From an uncultured delta proteobacterium (GTDB lineage Bacteria > Desulfobacterota > Desulfomonilia > Desulfomonilales > Desulfomonilaceae): a DNA stretch of 64,000 nucleotides. The translations under genes were made by a program, and so were the position numbers. The notes under the pieces were generated by a model. The model did not search any database. It had not been told where the DNA came from and saw only the letters and a program-made list of their open reading frames with translations. Shown here in pieces: positions 1 to 10,040 of this stretch. Each line of letters starts with the position of its first letter. Within the stretch, counting starts at the first letter, position 1. The DNA lies in NCBI GenBank assembly GCA_963789265.1, contig CAWBKB010000001.1, positions 2,400,001-2,464,000 on the forward strand, given 5' to 3'.

Positions 1-318
1 TAAGCCGTGGCGCTGAAAGTCTGGTAAATACACAACGAGGCGACGGGTCCTGGCAGCGGCGGGCGTATGATGTAGGTCCTCCACCTCCGAGCCCCCACGC
101 TTCCTGGTTCGGCTCGGAAGAGTTAACCACCGGTTTCTGTGTGGAGGCGTTGGTACGTTTCCGGGCTCTTGCTGCGATGAAATAGCCTCCGCAATTGGAG
201 CGCGGGGTTTTGGGAAGGGCCGGGCGCTCCGTTTCACAATTTCAGTTACACATCTCGGGCTACGGTGGGACAGACATCCTGCCTGTCATTCGTCACCCCG
301 GACTCCGATCCGGCATAC

Positions 319-371
319 GTAGGGGCGGCCCTATGTGTCCGCCCCGGGCAGACACATAGGTCTGCCCCTAC
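319..371. repeat. REP-like palindromic doublet (GTAGGGGCG...GCCCCTAC)
   Basis: gtaggggcggccctatgtgtccgccc-c-gggcagacacataggtctgcccctac: inverted pair with GTAG ends, same style as the REPs at the RAYT gene. Confidence 0.75.
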
Positions 372-509
372 TATGGATGCCCGCCTACGCGGGCATGACG
401 ACAGGCAGTGCCGCGTTCCGCGCGGGATGTCCCACCAATACATTGGCCTTTAACCCTCCCCTATTGTCTTTGGTTGCAGAATTCGTCACCTGAAATATGA
501 ATTGGGCCG

Positions 510-1343
510 CTAAGCCTCGTCCGGCAGGTACCCGAAACGCGCCATCTGCTCGTAGTGAGCATGCACAATGGCTCTTACTTGGTCTTTGGTCAGTACATCC
601 TTCCACTGCCCTGCAGCCCCCTTGCGAAAGAAACGGCCTGAAGGGTAAGGCATTTCCGCAAATCCGTGTTCCAGTTCCTGAGCCTGAAGTTTCTCAAATG
701 ACGAGTTTTCAACAGCCCGTTCCAGTTCGCGCCTTGTCGGACGCAGATATAGAAATTCCACCAGGGCCGAGAAAGGGATTATCGGGTTGGATAACAGATC
801 CTCGTATCGCATCACAAAAAGCGACGGGTCGAGCTTTCTGGTCCATGTGGAAACATTTTCCGACCATGAGCCCCACAACTGGTACACGACCTTTTCATCG
901 CCCGGCCTGGCCTCGAAGGATTGATTCATAACTGCTATGGCCGAATCAAGGTCCATGTTGAAGTAATGGCTCATGGACACCACTGTGTCCAAGGGGTTGC
1001 GAATTATGTAGATGGCCCCCGCAGTCAATTCAGGGGTTACCATGGGCGTACCCGCGTGTGTTACGAGCGCGTTGTGGGTTTTCACAAAGATGAGGCCGTC
1101 AGTAAGGCCCGCGATCTTTGCATGCACTCTCGGCCGGGCAGCCGCGATTTCTTCCGGGCGCGAGTCCCGGGTTTTACCGAGGAACTCCTCGTACCACGCC
1201 CTAGCCGAATCGCCCATGCTAAGCAGATTTATCTGATTGATATCGTAGCTTTCTTTGGTCTTGATTATCAGATTGTGGAGGAAGGCTCTTACCCAGGTGT
1301 TGCCTGATTTCGGATACGACGCGAGCCAAACAATGCCGCCCAT
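510..1343 (-). CDS. Sulfotransferase (Sulfotransfer_1 family)
   Basis: 277 aa; 5'-PSB motif ASYPKSGNTW, KTH, RNPLDTVVS 3'-PB motif, RYEDL, FFRKG..GQW. Confidence 0.9.
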   Translation of the reverse strand: MGGIVWLASYPKSGNTWVRAFLHNLIIKTKESYDINQINLLSMGDSARAWYEEFLGKTRDSRPEEIAAARPRVHAKIAGLTDGLIFVKTHNALVTHAGTPMVTPELTAGAIYIIRNPLDTVVSMSHYFNMDLDSAIAVMNQSFEARPGDEKVVYQLWGSWSENVSTWTRKLDPSLFVMRYEDLLSNPIIPFSALVEFLYLRPTRRELERAVENSSFEKLQAQELEHGFAEMPYPSGRFFRKGAAGQWKDVLTKDQVRAIVHAHYEQMARFGYLPDEA

Positions 1344-1435
1344 ACGTTTCTTATTCCCTCAGAACCTCCGAAGAATAGTGTCCTGTCCCGCAATCAGCTT
1401 TCAAAAGGACTGATTCGGCCAACACGGGAGTCAAT

Positions 1436-1520
1436 GTCATTGCGAGGAGCGAAGCGACGAAGCAATCTCCAGGGCTAATTCTACAACTCTCTGGGATTGC
1501 TTCGCTGCGCTCGCAATGAC
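1436..1520. repeat. GTCATTGCGAG...CTCGCAATGAC palindromic repeat
   Basis: Long inverted repeat; a related copy lies at ~58751-58835 and a half copy at ~3042-3077. Confidence 0.75.
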
Positions 1521-1608
1521 AACCCCGACCGTCTCACCTTAGTCGGACCCCTGGTGCAAAAGATCAGGCGACAGGTTATGCAGGTTATTTGCGCGACTTG
1601 ACAATAGT

Positions 1609-2811
1609 TTACAACTTCATTTCCAGTCTCAGGAATCCGCCTTCCAAGTATTGGAGGGCATTGGTGTTACCGGTCCGGGCTACTGAGCCGGGTGGAAGGC
1701 TAGCTCCAGCGTTAACGTAGCTGAGATTGTTAGTGCTGAAACGCTCAACCCGATAACCCAAAGTCAATTCCATGCCGGGGAAGGAATATCCTATTCCTGC
1801 TTCCCCTTCCAGAGAGGTAATGTTTTGGCGATTGGAATCTTCAAATTGAGCAGACGGGGCTCCGATCGGGGCTCCGGTGCCCTTATTGTTTACAGTCAGT
1901 TTTTGGGTTCCGAACAGGCCGCCCACAGCACCCTCTCCTCGCAAGCTAAAGCGGCTTCCGCCAAGAGGACAATTGAGGTCCAATCCTATTTTGGGTCCCC
2001 ACGCTCGGTACCAAGTCTTGCGATCTACCGACAACGAGCCGTAATAACCAGCACCCGTCCCTTCGAGTGTATTCTCTGTTTCCACATATTCAATACCGCC
2101 AAAAAGTCTCGCGGTGCTTGACTGACCCAGTCTGATTGAGTACCCCGCTTGAAAATCCCACACATTGGCATAGAAACCCGCGTCAACCTGATAATTGTTG
2201 AGGGGTACAATAGGGGCAGTAGCTGCATACGGATTCTGCGCAGTTCCCCCGAAGTATGTTAGTCCTCCGAATGTGAAGGTTGTTCTGGAGATGACCTTAC
2301 TCGGCGCCGCTTGCTCCGACTCTGGCTCCGCCCTAAACCTCGCATACAGGACCCGAGCATCCCAGTCTTCGAAAGTATATCCCAAACCTACGCGCAGGCC
2401 TCGGACTCTGTTGGGTTTGACGCTCTGGAGGTTTCCGGGGGCAACAACGGACAGCGGAGCACCGTTATAAGTTGTGGTGGTGACGTTTTGACTGAATACC
2501 TGGGCATCGGTCCTCAGGTTCATGTAAAGGCCCTCAGCAATGAATGAGAACCCTTGAGGTCGATCGGCCGGAAAGACGTTTTGTTGCCCAGGGAACAAGG
2601 AGGCGAAAGGATTGGTCAATTGAGACACCCAGGAAGAGTTGCCTGCTCCCACCTGCGCATTGCCATATAAGGCCGGGACCTCTTGGGCCCTAACCACACT
2701 TACATCAGGTATCTCCAAGGAAATAAGCGTTGCCAAGAGAATGACAAGAATTCCCCGCCGAATACCCTTGAGATGACGGCACGCCACAGGACGGAACACC
2801 CCCATAGCCAT
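1609..2811 (-). CDS. Outer-membrane beta-barrel protein (Lpg1974-like)
   Basis: N-terminal hydrophobic signal ending VRAQ; alternating beta strands; C-terminal YLEGGFLRLEMKL; start chosen at the GGAGG-preceded ATG 2811. Confidence 0.6.
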   Translation of the reverse strand: MAMGVFRPVACRHLKGIRRGILVILLATLISLEIPDVSVVRAQEVPALYGNAQVGAGNSSWVSQLTNPFASLFPGQQNVFPADRPQGFSFIAEGLYMNLRTDAQVFSQNVTTTTYNGAPLSVVAPGNLQSVKPNRVRGLRVGLGYTFEDWDARVLYARFRAEPESEQAAPSKVISRTTFTFGGLTYFGGTAQNPYAATAPIVPLNNYQVDAGFYANVWDFQAGYSIRLGQSSTARLFGGIEYVETENTLEGTGAGYYGSLSVDRKTWYRAWGPKIGLDLNCPLGGSRFSLRGEGAVGGLFGTQKLTVNNKGTGAPIGAPSAQFEDSNRQNITSLEGEAGIGYSFPGMELTLGYRVERFSTNNLSYVNAGASLPPGSVARTGNTNALQYLEGGFLRLEMKL

Positions 2812-3127
2812 ATCCTCCAGACGAGCAACACATAAAACTGCAAAAGAATCTTTAATATGATTAATGTAACCAATACCATAAAGATTCGATGGAATACAAG
2901 TCAAAAATGCACAAACAATGCAGCCAATCAGTTACGTGCGGGAAATTGTCATTAAACCTGTGGAGCAGACTGGATTCCCAGTAGGACAGGCAGCCTGCCT
3001 GTCGCTTAATGACGGGCAAGATGCCCGTCCCACCGAAGAAAGGATTGCTTCGTCAAGCACGCGGGGCCTCGCAATGTCAATCTTCCCTCCCCTGACTGAG
3101 TGGATTACACTTACCAAATACACACGC

Positions 3128-4150
3128 TCACCAAACTAGCCCGACATACGCTTTTGCTTCCACTCGACGTCCGGTTTCGAGCGACAGTTTAATGTGACTG
3201 ATGAATCTTCTCATAAGAATGGGCTTGGAATCATCGAGCATGAGCGTCAAGGGCTTGGGCCACGCCAGGAGGGCATTTCGCTTCTCACGCCGGCACGAAC
3301 CCTGCGTTACAAGGAAATCCAGAATCGTCTCCCATCGTGGATCACTGTTGAGCGCATTCTCTTGAGGTATCCCGAATTCGATTCCGATCTTCCCAACCCC
3401 ATGTTCATCCAAATCGAAATTGATCGAATGCCGATCCGCGTATCCGGCCAGAGAAAAGATTATACTTTCGAGGTCTTTCGGGCGGCCCTTCCAACCGACA
3501 GAGGAGACATATTCCGGTATTTCGTCAGGTTCCACCTCACCGACGACAACTCTGAAGGCTTCGGTCGGCCGGGCCAAAGGCAGGCCAAAGAGCGTCATCA
3601 ACCCTTTTGCAGGCAATAGCTTTATACATCGAAGAAAATTCCTCGTGAGGCCGGGCGCCATTACACACCCCTTTAACGCGAGGTGAACAGCCTGCGCGAT
3701 AGGTTCGTAAAGCTCGGGACGAGAATAGGGCCGTTGAATTTGGACAAACACAAGACTCGGGCTGGGAACAGCCTGGCCGTACTGCCCGCTGTCAAACTCA
3801 ATCCATAGACAAAAAGTTGCTTCATGTAGCGGCGAAGCAGGCGTTGACCACTCTCGGCACAAGTCTCGAAGACTTGACCAGTTCTTGTTTTGAGCAATGT
3901 GCGCGGGAAATCCCCAGTGCGCGTCTAGAGCGGCTATTATTTCCAACCCTCTCGGAGCGAGAGGTCTCAAGATAAAATCAGCTTGGGATGACGGGTCGGC
4001 CAGGCGGGTCTCAAATCCTATACCGTGAGTGATCCCGTCAGGCAGAATCATCCCCAAAGATTTGATAAAGGCGAAAGAACCGGACGAAATCAAGCCAACC
4101 GGCGATCGTGTTGTTAACAGGTCCAAGATCTTTTCGAGCAAGAATGCCAT
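3128..4150 (-). CDS. Conserved hypothetical protein
   Basis: 340 aa ORF with RBS; motifs GFETRL..ADF, WIEFD, SHIKL..EAKAYVG; function not assignable. Confidence 0.6.
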   Translation of the reverse strand: MAFLLEKILDLLTTRSPVGLISSGSFAFIKSLGMILPDGITHGIGFETRLADPSSQADFILRPLAPRGLEIIAALDAHWGFPAHIAQNKNWSSLRDLCREWSTPASPLHEATFCLWIEFDSGQYGQAVPSPSLVFVQIQRPYSRPELYEPIAQAVHLALKGCVMAPGLTRNFLRCIKLLPAKGLMTLFGLPLARPTEAFRVVVGEVEPDEIPEYVSSVGWKGRPKDLESIIFSLAGYADRHSINFDLDEHGVGKIGIEFGIPQENALNSDPRWETILDFLVTQGSCRREKRNALLAWPKPLTLMLDDSKPILMRRFISHIKLSLETGRRVEAKAYVGLVW

Positions 4151-4462
4151 AGAGTCCCCTCAGAGGATAATGATGCACCGCAGAGTGCGCAGAGAACTCG
4201 GAGAAAAAAAAGCTTGTTCGGCGCCGTTTGAATTACCGGCGCGTGCCCGCACTACCATAGGCCGGAATTTTCACTGCTTCATAGCATAGAGTTCCAGACA
4301 AGAGGATACTCAGCGGTCTCTGCGATCTCCGCGATCATCATATTGCTTGTGCCGTTCTCTTGCATAGCAAAATTCTTGCGCAGTCATAATACCAATTCAA
4401 TTTCCAGCAAGTGATACCGTGGTTTAAGTGGGACAGTTCCCGGTAGGGGCGGGTTTCAAACC

Positions 4463-4636
4463 CAATGCTGTTGACTTAAGGGACCTCCGTCTACCCCACC
4501 GTCACCCCGGCGAAGGCCGGGGTCCAGGGGAGATTAGGAAAACCTGGATTCCGGCCTCCGCCGGAATGACGAGGTGAAGGCCCGTCGAAGGAAAAGCTCC
4601 TGGACAAGAGGCATGCGGCTTAAGTCAACAGCATTG
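4463..4636. mobile_element. 174-bp MITE, IS4-like TIRs, inserted in a REP
   Basis: Perfect 18-bp TIR CAATGCTGTTGACTTAAG; 11-bp TSD GGTTTCAAACC (4452-4462 and 4637-4647); inverted copy at 52177-52350. Confidence 0.9.
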
Positions 4637-4829
4637 GGTTTCAAACCTGCCCCTACATGTCGTCATGCCCGCGGAACTCGGGACAGGCAATCCTGCGATC
4701 CGCGCTGGACGCACCACCATATCCTGTCCAGGATTGTTACTTGCTTGATGGCGCATTGGTATAATATCTTCTTCTATAAGGTTCATGTCACAGCGTTTAG
4801 CCGAAGATTCGCGCTGTAGCGGAGGGGCG

Positions 4830-5738
4830 ATGAATTCGTCGCGTCATATACCTCTGACCGGTGTGCTGGTTCTGGTCCTGCTGAGTATTCTCTGGGGCGG
4901 AAACGTGGTCACCATCAAGGTGAGCAATCAGGGCATTCCGCCTATTCTGGCCGCGGCCGTAAGGTCGGTGGTGGCAACTCTTTTACTCTCTCTGTACGCT
5001 AGAACTCAATCGCAACGGGTCTTTTTTCCCTGGAAGGACCTGGGACACGGGATTGCAATAGGCTTCCTCTTTGGCGCGGAGTTTCTTTTGCTCTATTGGG
5101 GCACTGAGTTCACTAATGCATCGAGGGCCATTATTTTTCTGTATACCAGTCCCTTGTGGGTGGCACTCGGCGCGCACTTCCTACTATCGTACGAGCAACT
5201 CAACAGGATTAAAAGCATTGGTCTGTGCCTGGCCTTCCTTGGGTTAGTTTCTGTCTTTGCATCTAAGTCGGCCACGCTCGGCCCTTTTCATATTGTCGGC
5301 GATTTGATGGAGGTCGGGGCCGGCTTCCTTTGGGCTGCAACGACGCTCTACATCAAAAGATTTATATGGGATAGACCCATCACCCATTTCCAAACCCTTT
5401 TCGCTCAACTCTTATTCTCAATCCCGGTTCTTGTCGTCGGGTCATTGCTTCTTGAAAGCAACAAGACGGTGAATTTGCCCCCCCTTGTTGTTTCAGCCGT
5501 TATCTATCAGTCCATAGTGGTAGCCTTTTTCAGTTACTTGCTATGGTTCTGGATGATTCATCGCTATCAGGTGAGCCGACTTGCGGCATTCACGTTCCTG
5601 GCACCGCTGTTCGGCGTAGTGATGAGCGGCCTATTCCTGAAGGAAACGCTCACATTTCAACTGTGGGTCGGCTTTGTGCTTGTGTCGGCGGGGATATATT
5701 TGGTGAACCGACCGGGACCTGAGTATTCCGACGGATGA
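4830..5738 (+). CDS. DMT/EamA family transporter
   Basis: About 10 TM helices; LWGGN, two EamA halves; RBS GGAGG before ATG 4830. Confidence 0.9.
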   Translation: MNSSRHIPLTGVLVLVLLSILWGGNVVTIKVSNQGIPPILAAAVRSVVATLLLSLYARTQSQRVFFPWKDLGHGIAIGFLFGAEFLLLYWGTEFTNASRAIIFLYTSPLWVALGAHFLLSYEQLNRIKSIGLCLAFLGLVSVFASKSATLGPFHIVGDLMEVGAGFLWAATTLYIKRFIWDRPITHFQTLFAQLLFSIPVLVVGSLLLESNKTVNLPPLVVSAVIYQSIVVAFFSYLLWFWMIHRYQVSRLAAFTFLAPLFGVVMSGLFLKETLTFQLWVGFVLVSAGIYLVNRPGPEYSDG

Positions 5739-5914
5739 TAGGGCTGTGAAACCTCGCATTACTCTGTCTATTCCCGACCTGAGGAGCAAATCAGGCTTGT
5801 CACTGCTGAAATTCTAGACAGACCTTGACACTCAAGGACGAAGAAGGCTAAGAATGCAATCGATGCCGTATCCTAGCGCATTTTTTGCCGCGGTTTCAAC
5901 GCAGGGGACTCGAC

Positions 5915-6232
5915 ATGACACGAGCGGAGATGTCTTCACGTATTGAAAGCTTGATACAACAACTTGTTGCCAAGTATTCTCCCGAAAAAGTCATCTTGTT
6001 CGGTTCCGCGATCCGTGACGACGCTGAAGTGAACGATGTGGATCTGTTCATCATCAAGGATGACGTCCCTTATCTTGGTGCTGAGCGAAGTCGGCAACTC
6101 TACAGGCTGATGGATACCGATTTGCCGGTTGATTACATAGTGTACCGTCCGGCAGAAGTAGCTGAGCGTCTGTCGCTTGGCGATCCCTTTGTAAGCGGTG
6201 TGGTGAGAGAGGGTGAAGTGCTTTATGGCTGA
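5915..6232 (+). CDS. Minimal nucleotidyltransferase (MNT antitoxin)
   Basis: KVILFGSA...NDVDL motif; overlaps the start of a HEPN gene. Confidence 0.85.
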   Translation: MTRAEMSSRIESLIQQLVAKYSPEKVILFGSAIRDDAEVNDVDLFIIKDDVPYLGAERSRQLYRLMDTDLPVDYIVYRPAEVAERLSLGDPFVSGVVREGEVLYG

Positions 6233-6371
6233 TCCCTCTGTCGTCAAGGAATGGCTGGAAAGAGCAGATGAGGACTTTCGCTTTGCCGAGACCAATCTCA
6301 GGGATGGAAGTGAGTTTCTTCGCGTTCCCGGGCTCTGCCTGAAAATGCCTGTCTACGAGGCTCTGCCTTGA
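6225..6371 (+). pseudogene. Truncated HEPN-domain toxin
   Basis: MADPSVVKEWLERADEDFRFAE is a typical HEPN N-terminus; after about 31 codons it runs into repeat DNA (cgttcccgggctctgcctga) and stops. Confidence 0.75.
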
Positions 6372-6486
6372 CTATGGTATTGAAGTGAAGGCTCCGCCAC
6401 TTGAAGGTGGTGGCTTCGGCGGCATTTTTCCTCCACCGGATGAATCTGGCGGTCACCGCCGCCAAAGGACCGGGGTCGGAATCGGC

Positions 6487-6583
6487 GTAGGATGCTGGTG
6501 AGCCCGCGTTCTCCGCGGGAGAACCGCATCAATCGAGAAAAGGCTGCGAACGATGCGGTTCGCTGCGCTCACCAGCATCCTAC
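6487..6583. repeat. REP-like inverted doublet
   Basis: gtaggatgctggtgagc...gaaccgcatc / gatgcggttc...gctcaccagcatcctac. Confidence 0.7.
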
Positions 6584-6931
6584 TGGCTTTCGTTAGACCA
6601 GGTCACACGTCCTGCAATTTCTCCTATCCGCAGAAATCCTTATTGATTCCCGCTTGTAATTCGGGAGGGCAACGTTTAGTTCGTGATGGCGGGCAGGATG
6701 CCCACCCTACTGTAACGCACGCAAAACGTCCGACGCCGCTGATTCGCTTGCGGCGTTTCCCGCTTCTTTAGAAAATCTTAAATTGCAGATCAAGCGCCAT
6801 TTTGGATGGGCGATCCTCCTTCTGCCGTTTGTTTTGTTTGACCGACAAGCCATTTTTTCAGTATTGTGGATAACGGAAACCTTACCCCAACGAACTCATC
6901 GGCATTGCCCGGAAAAGGGGGGAGCCTACTG

Positions 6932-9514
6932 ATGACAGACAAAGACACGCTTCGGAATCAACTGTCACAACCCCGCGGACTTGACCCGACATTAGAGCCT
7001 GAAACAGTGGAACGAATGTGGGCTGAGACAAAGCTCGCGGTGGAGTTGGCGAAATTCCAAGCTCTTTATGATCTCGCAGTGGCTATGACCGGAGAACGCA
7101 GTCTGGACGAAAATCTCTCGTCGCTCGTGGACAAAGGCAAAGAGTTGCTGGCAGCGGACATGGCATGCATAGCGTTGCGTGACGAGATAACTGGTGACAG
7201 CTATATGCATGCAGTCTCGGGAATGAAAACGGAAGCGTTCAAGAGCATTCGAATACCATTTGGAGCGGGCCTGGGAGGAAAGGTAGCCAAGACGGGCAAA
7301 GGGTATGTCGTAGAAGACTATTTTGAAGAAATCGAGCCTGTCGTTCATGATGCAGTTCACGCCGAAGGCCTGATTTCCGGAATAGCCGTACCTGTACAGA
7401 TAGGTCAGACCAATCTCGGGGTGCTCTACGTCTTCAATCGCAGAATGACGAAGTTTACAAAGTCAGACTTCGACACTCTATCGTTGTTGGGCAATCTTGC
7501 TGCGGTAGAGATTACACGCGGGCGAGTTGAGGCAAAATTACTCAAGTCTCAGGAGGAGCTTGAACTGAGAGTACATGAAAGAACCGCCGAGCTACTGTAC
7601 ACCAACGAAGAGCTGTTGATAGAGATTTCTCAGAGGAAGCGGGTTGAGGAGGCGCTCCGGCAAAGCGAGGAACGATACCGCAGGTTGGTTGAAGAGAGTT
7701 TTGACGGAATATTCATTCACAAGGACGGTAAAATAGAATTTGCCAATTCGCGTTTGCATGAAATGCTGGGTTACGAAGTAGGAGAGCTGGAAGGTGCAAT
7801 TCACCTGGTCATATATCCGCCTGACGAACGGCAACGCATCCACGAGCGGTGTCTCTCTCGAATGAGAGGCGAACCGGTCCCGTTTCAGTACGAGGTGAGA
7901 TTGCAGCGTAACGACGGCTCGATATTTGACACGGAACTCACCGCGCGAATAGTCGGATTCGCTGGTGAATCAGCGGCCCAAGTGTGTCTACGGGACATCA
8001 GTGAACGAAAGCGTGCCGAGCAGGCCCTTAGAGAATCGGAAGAAAAATATCGGTTGGTGGTGGAAAATGCCGGGGATGCCGTTGTAGTGCTTCAAAATGG
8101 GATCTTTAAATTCATAAATCCCAGGGCAATACAAATCGCCGGATACTCGGATGAGGACCTGAAATCGAAGCCATTCTTGGACTTCGTTCATCCCGAAGAT
8201 AAGCAGACGGTCGCGCTGCGCTATGCCGAAAGACTGCAGGGTGCCTACCTCCAGGAAGCTTTTCCCTTCAGGGTGATCACGAAAGATGGGAGGACAATAT
8301 GGGTCGAGGCAAAATCGGTCCTCATAAGTTGGAACGGCACGCCTGCAACCCTGAATTTTCTTAGCGACATCACAACGAAGCGGAGAATCGAAGAGGAATT
8401 GCTAAAAATCGAGAAACTCGGTTCCATCGGCATCATGGCAGGTGGCATAGCACACGATTTCAACAACATTCTTACCGGCATCCTGGGTAACATTTCTATA
8501 GCCAAGATGTATTTGACGGCAAAGGATAAGATTTTCGATCGGTTATCCGATGCGGAAAGAGCTTGCCTCCGAGCGCAGAGCTTAACTCAACAATTGTTAA
8601 CGTTCTCTAAGGGCGGTGCACCGATAAAGAAAGTGTGCAACCTGTCCCTGGTGGCCCGCGAGTCGTGCCGGTTTGCCGTTGGCGGATCCAATGTTCGCTG
8701 CGAGTTTTCATTCCCCCCGGATCTTTGGGCAACTCAGGTGGATGAGGGACAAATCAGTCAGGTCTTCAACAATCTGGGCATCAATGCAGAACAGGCCATG
8801 CCGCACGGAGGAATTATCGACGTGGCCGGGGAAAACAGCGAGATCACTATCGCTGACGGACTCCCCCTTCCAAGCGGCAAATATGTGCAAGTATCCATTC
8901 AAGACAGAGGAATGGGGATTCCCGAACAACATCTGTCAAAGATATTCGATCCTTATTTCACCACCAAACAAAGGGGAAGCGGATTGGGACTCGCCACCTC
9001 CTACTCAATCATAAAGAACCATGAGGGTTTGATAACAGTCGAGTCTGAACTGGGGATAGGAACCACGTTTCATATATTCCTACCGGCCTGCCCTGGAGCC
9101 GTCACACGTGCCGGACCCGATCGTGACAGGCCCGTGCAAGGTGAAGGCAAAATACTACTGATGGATGACGAAGAGACTGTAAGGAGCCTGGCGGCCGAGA
9201 TGTTATCCCTGCTGGGCTATGAAGTTGTCCTGGCAAAAGACGGCCTCGAGGCCGTAGCGCTTTACAAGGCCGCGAAAGAGTCCGACAAACCGTTCTCCGC
9301 GGTCATTATGGATTTGACGGTGGCCGGCGGTATGGGAGGCACGCAGGCCATGGGGCTCCTCCGAGAGTTTGACCCCGATGTGAAGGCAATTGTGTCGAGC
9401 GGCTATTCAAACGATCCGGTTATGGCGGAGTACGAGAATCACGGCTTCAAGGGGGTCATTGTCAAACCATTCGGAGTAGAGGAAGTCAGCGAAGCGTTGA
9501 AGCGGGTGATTTGA
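6932..9514 (+). CDS. Hybrid sensor histidine kinase (GAF-PAS-PAS-HisKA-HATPase-REC)
   Basis: AGGIAHDFNN H-box, DRGMG, GSGLGL G-boxes, C-terminal receiver LMDD...IMD...KP. Confidence 0.95.
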   Translation: MTDKDTLRNQLSQPRGLDPTLEPETVERMWAETKLAVELAKFQALYDLAVAMTGERSLDENLSSLVDKGKELLAADMACIALRDEITGDSYMHAVSGMKTEAFKSIRIPFGAGLGGKVAKTGKGYVVEDYFEEIEPVVHDAVHAEGLISGIAVPVQIGQTNLGVLYVFNRRMTKFTKSDFDTLSLLGNLAAVEITRGRVEAKLLKSQEELELRVHERTAELLYTNEELLIEISQRKRVEEALRQSEERYRRLVEESFDGIFIHKDGKIEFANSRLHEMLGYEVGELEGAIHLVIYPPDERQRIHERCLSRMRGEPVPFQYEVRLQRNDGSIFDTELTARIVGFAGESAAQVCLRDISERKRAEQALRESEEKYRLVVENAGDAVVVLQNGIFKFINPRAIQIAGYSDEDLKSKPFLDFVHPEDKQTVALRYAERLQGAYLQEAFPFRVITKDGRTIWVEAKSVLISWNGTPATLNFLSDITTKRRIEEELLKIEKLGSIGIMAGGIAHDFNNILTGILGNISIAKMYLTAKDKIFDRLSDAERACLRAQSLTQQLLTFSKGGAPIKKVCNLSLVARESCRFAVGGSNVRCEFSFPPDLWATQVDEGQISQVFNNLGINAEQAMPHGGIIDVAGENSEITIADGLPLPSGKYVQVSIQDRGMGIPEQHLSKIFDPYFTTKQRGSGLGLATSYSIIKNHEGLITVESELGIGTTFHIFLPACPGAVTRAGPDRDRPVQGEGKILLMDDEETVRSLAAEMLSLLGYEVVLAKDGLEAVALYKAAKESDKPFSAVIMDLTVAGGMGGTQAMGLLREFDPDVKAIVSSGYSNDPVMAEYENHGFKGVIVKPFGVEEVSEALKRVI

Positions 9515-9605
9515 GATGAAAATATGGGGTCATGTGTGAAACGCTTCCGGTCGTCGGGTGTCTAATCGTACTAAAATGAAATTTGAGGCATAAAGGAGGG
9601 GTACC

Positions 9606-9911
9606 ATGCCTACGGATCTGGTTTTTGCCATAGTGATCGCCATCTTGGCCGTCATACTCTTTGGCACTGTCTTGTTCGTTAGGAGGCGGGTCTCAAAAGG
9701 GGCAGAAGCTTCAGGCGGTCCGGGCGGAGTAGCGTTTAAGGATTGTTACGATCTTGGCGCAACGGAAAGCGGCCACTCGTCTGCGACCTTTAACACCGTG
9801 TGCAAACAATCCTGGCGGCAGCGTATAACTAGTGTGGCTGTTCAAGGATTAGGCCCGGCGTCAGGTTCACCGTTCCTTGGGACCTTTGAGGTTCCTGAGC
9901 TACGGGAGTGA
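9606..9911 (+). CDS. Small membrane-anchored hypothetical protein
   Basis: Strong RBS AAGGAGG; N-terminal TM helix followed by RRR. Confidence 0.45.
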   Translation: MPTDLVFAIVIAILAVILFGTVLFVRRRVSKGAEASGGPGGVAFKDCYDLGATESGHSSATFNTVCKQSWRQRITSVAVQGLGPASGSPFLGTFEVPELRE

Positions 9912-9912
9912 G

Positions 9913-10003
9913 CAAAAACAGGGAAGCGATACTTCTCAACTCCCCTGACGGTGGAGTTTACTATTTTGAGGTCCCCAAGGGGATTTCAAACCCTGCCGCC
10001 GGC
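9913..10003 (-). repeat. Degenerate duplicate of the tRNA-Glu 3' half plus terminator (att-like site)
   Basis: 9971-10003 matches 17443-17475 at 30/33 nt; 9913-9947 resembles the terminator at 17385-17420. Confidence 0.8.
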
Positions 10004-10040
10004 ATTGCTGATGATAGCACCCTTCACTTCACGCAAAGCT

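Noticed and set aside
1..190. Possible minus-strand gene start running off the window (GGAGG followed by ATT/ATC)
   Set aside because: Open frames show no recognisable protein motif, so the frame cannot be chosen
246..453. Short ORFs 246-443 and 265-453
   Set aside because: Translations of stacked REP-like palindromes
9971..10003. Third tRNA gene
   Set aside because: Only the 3' half is present, with no D-arm or anticodon; treated as an att-like remnant
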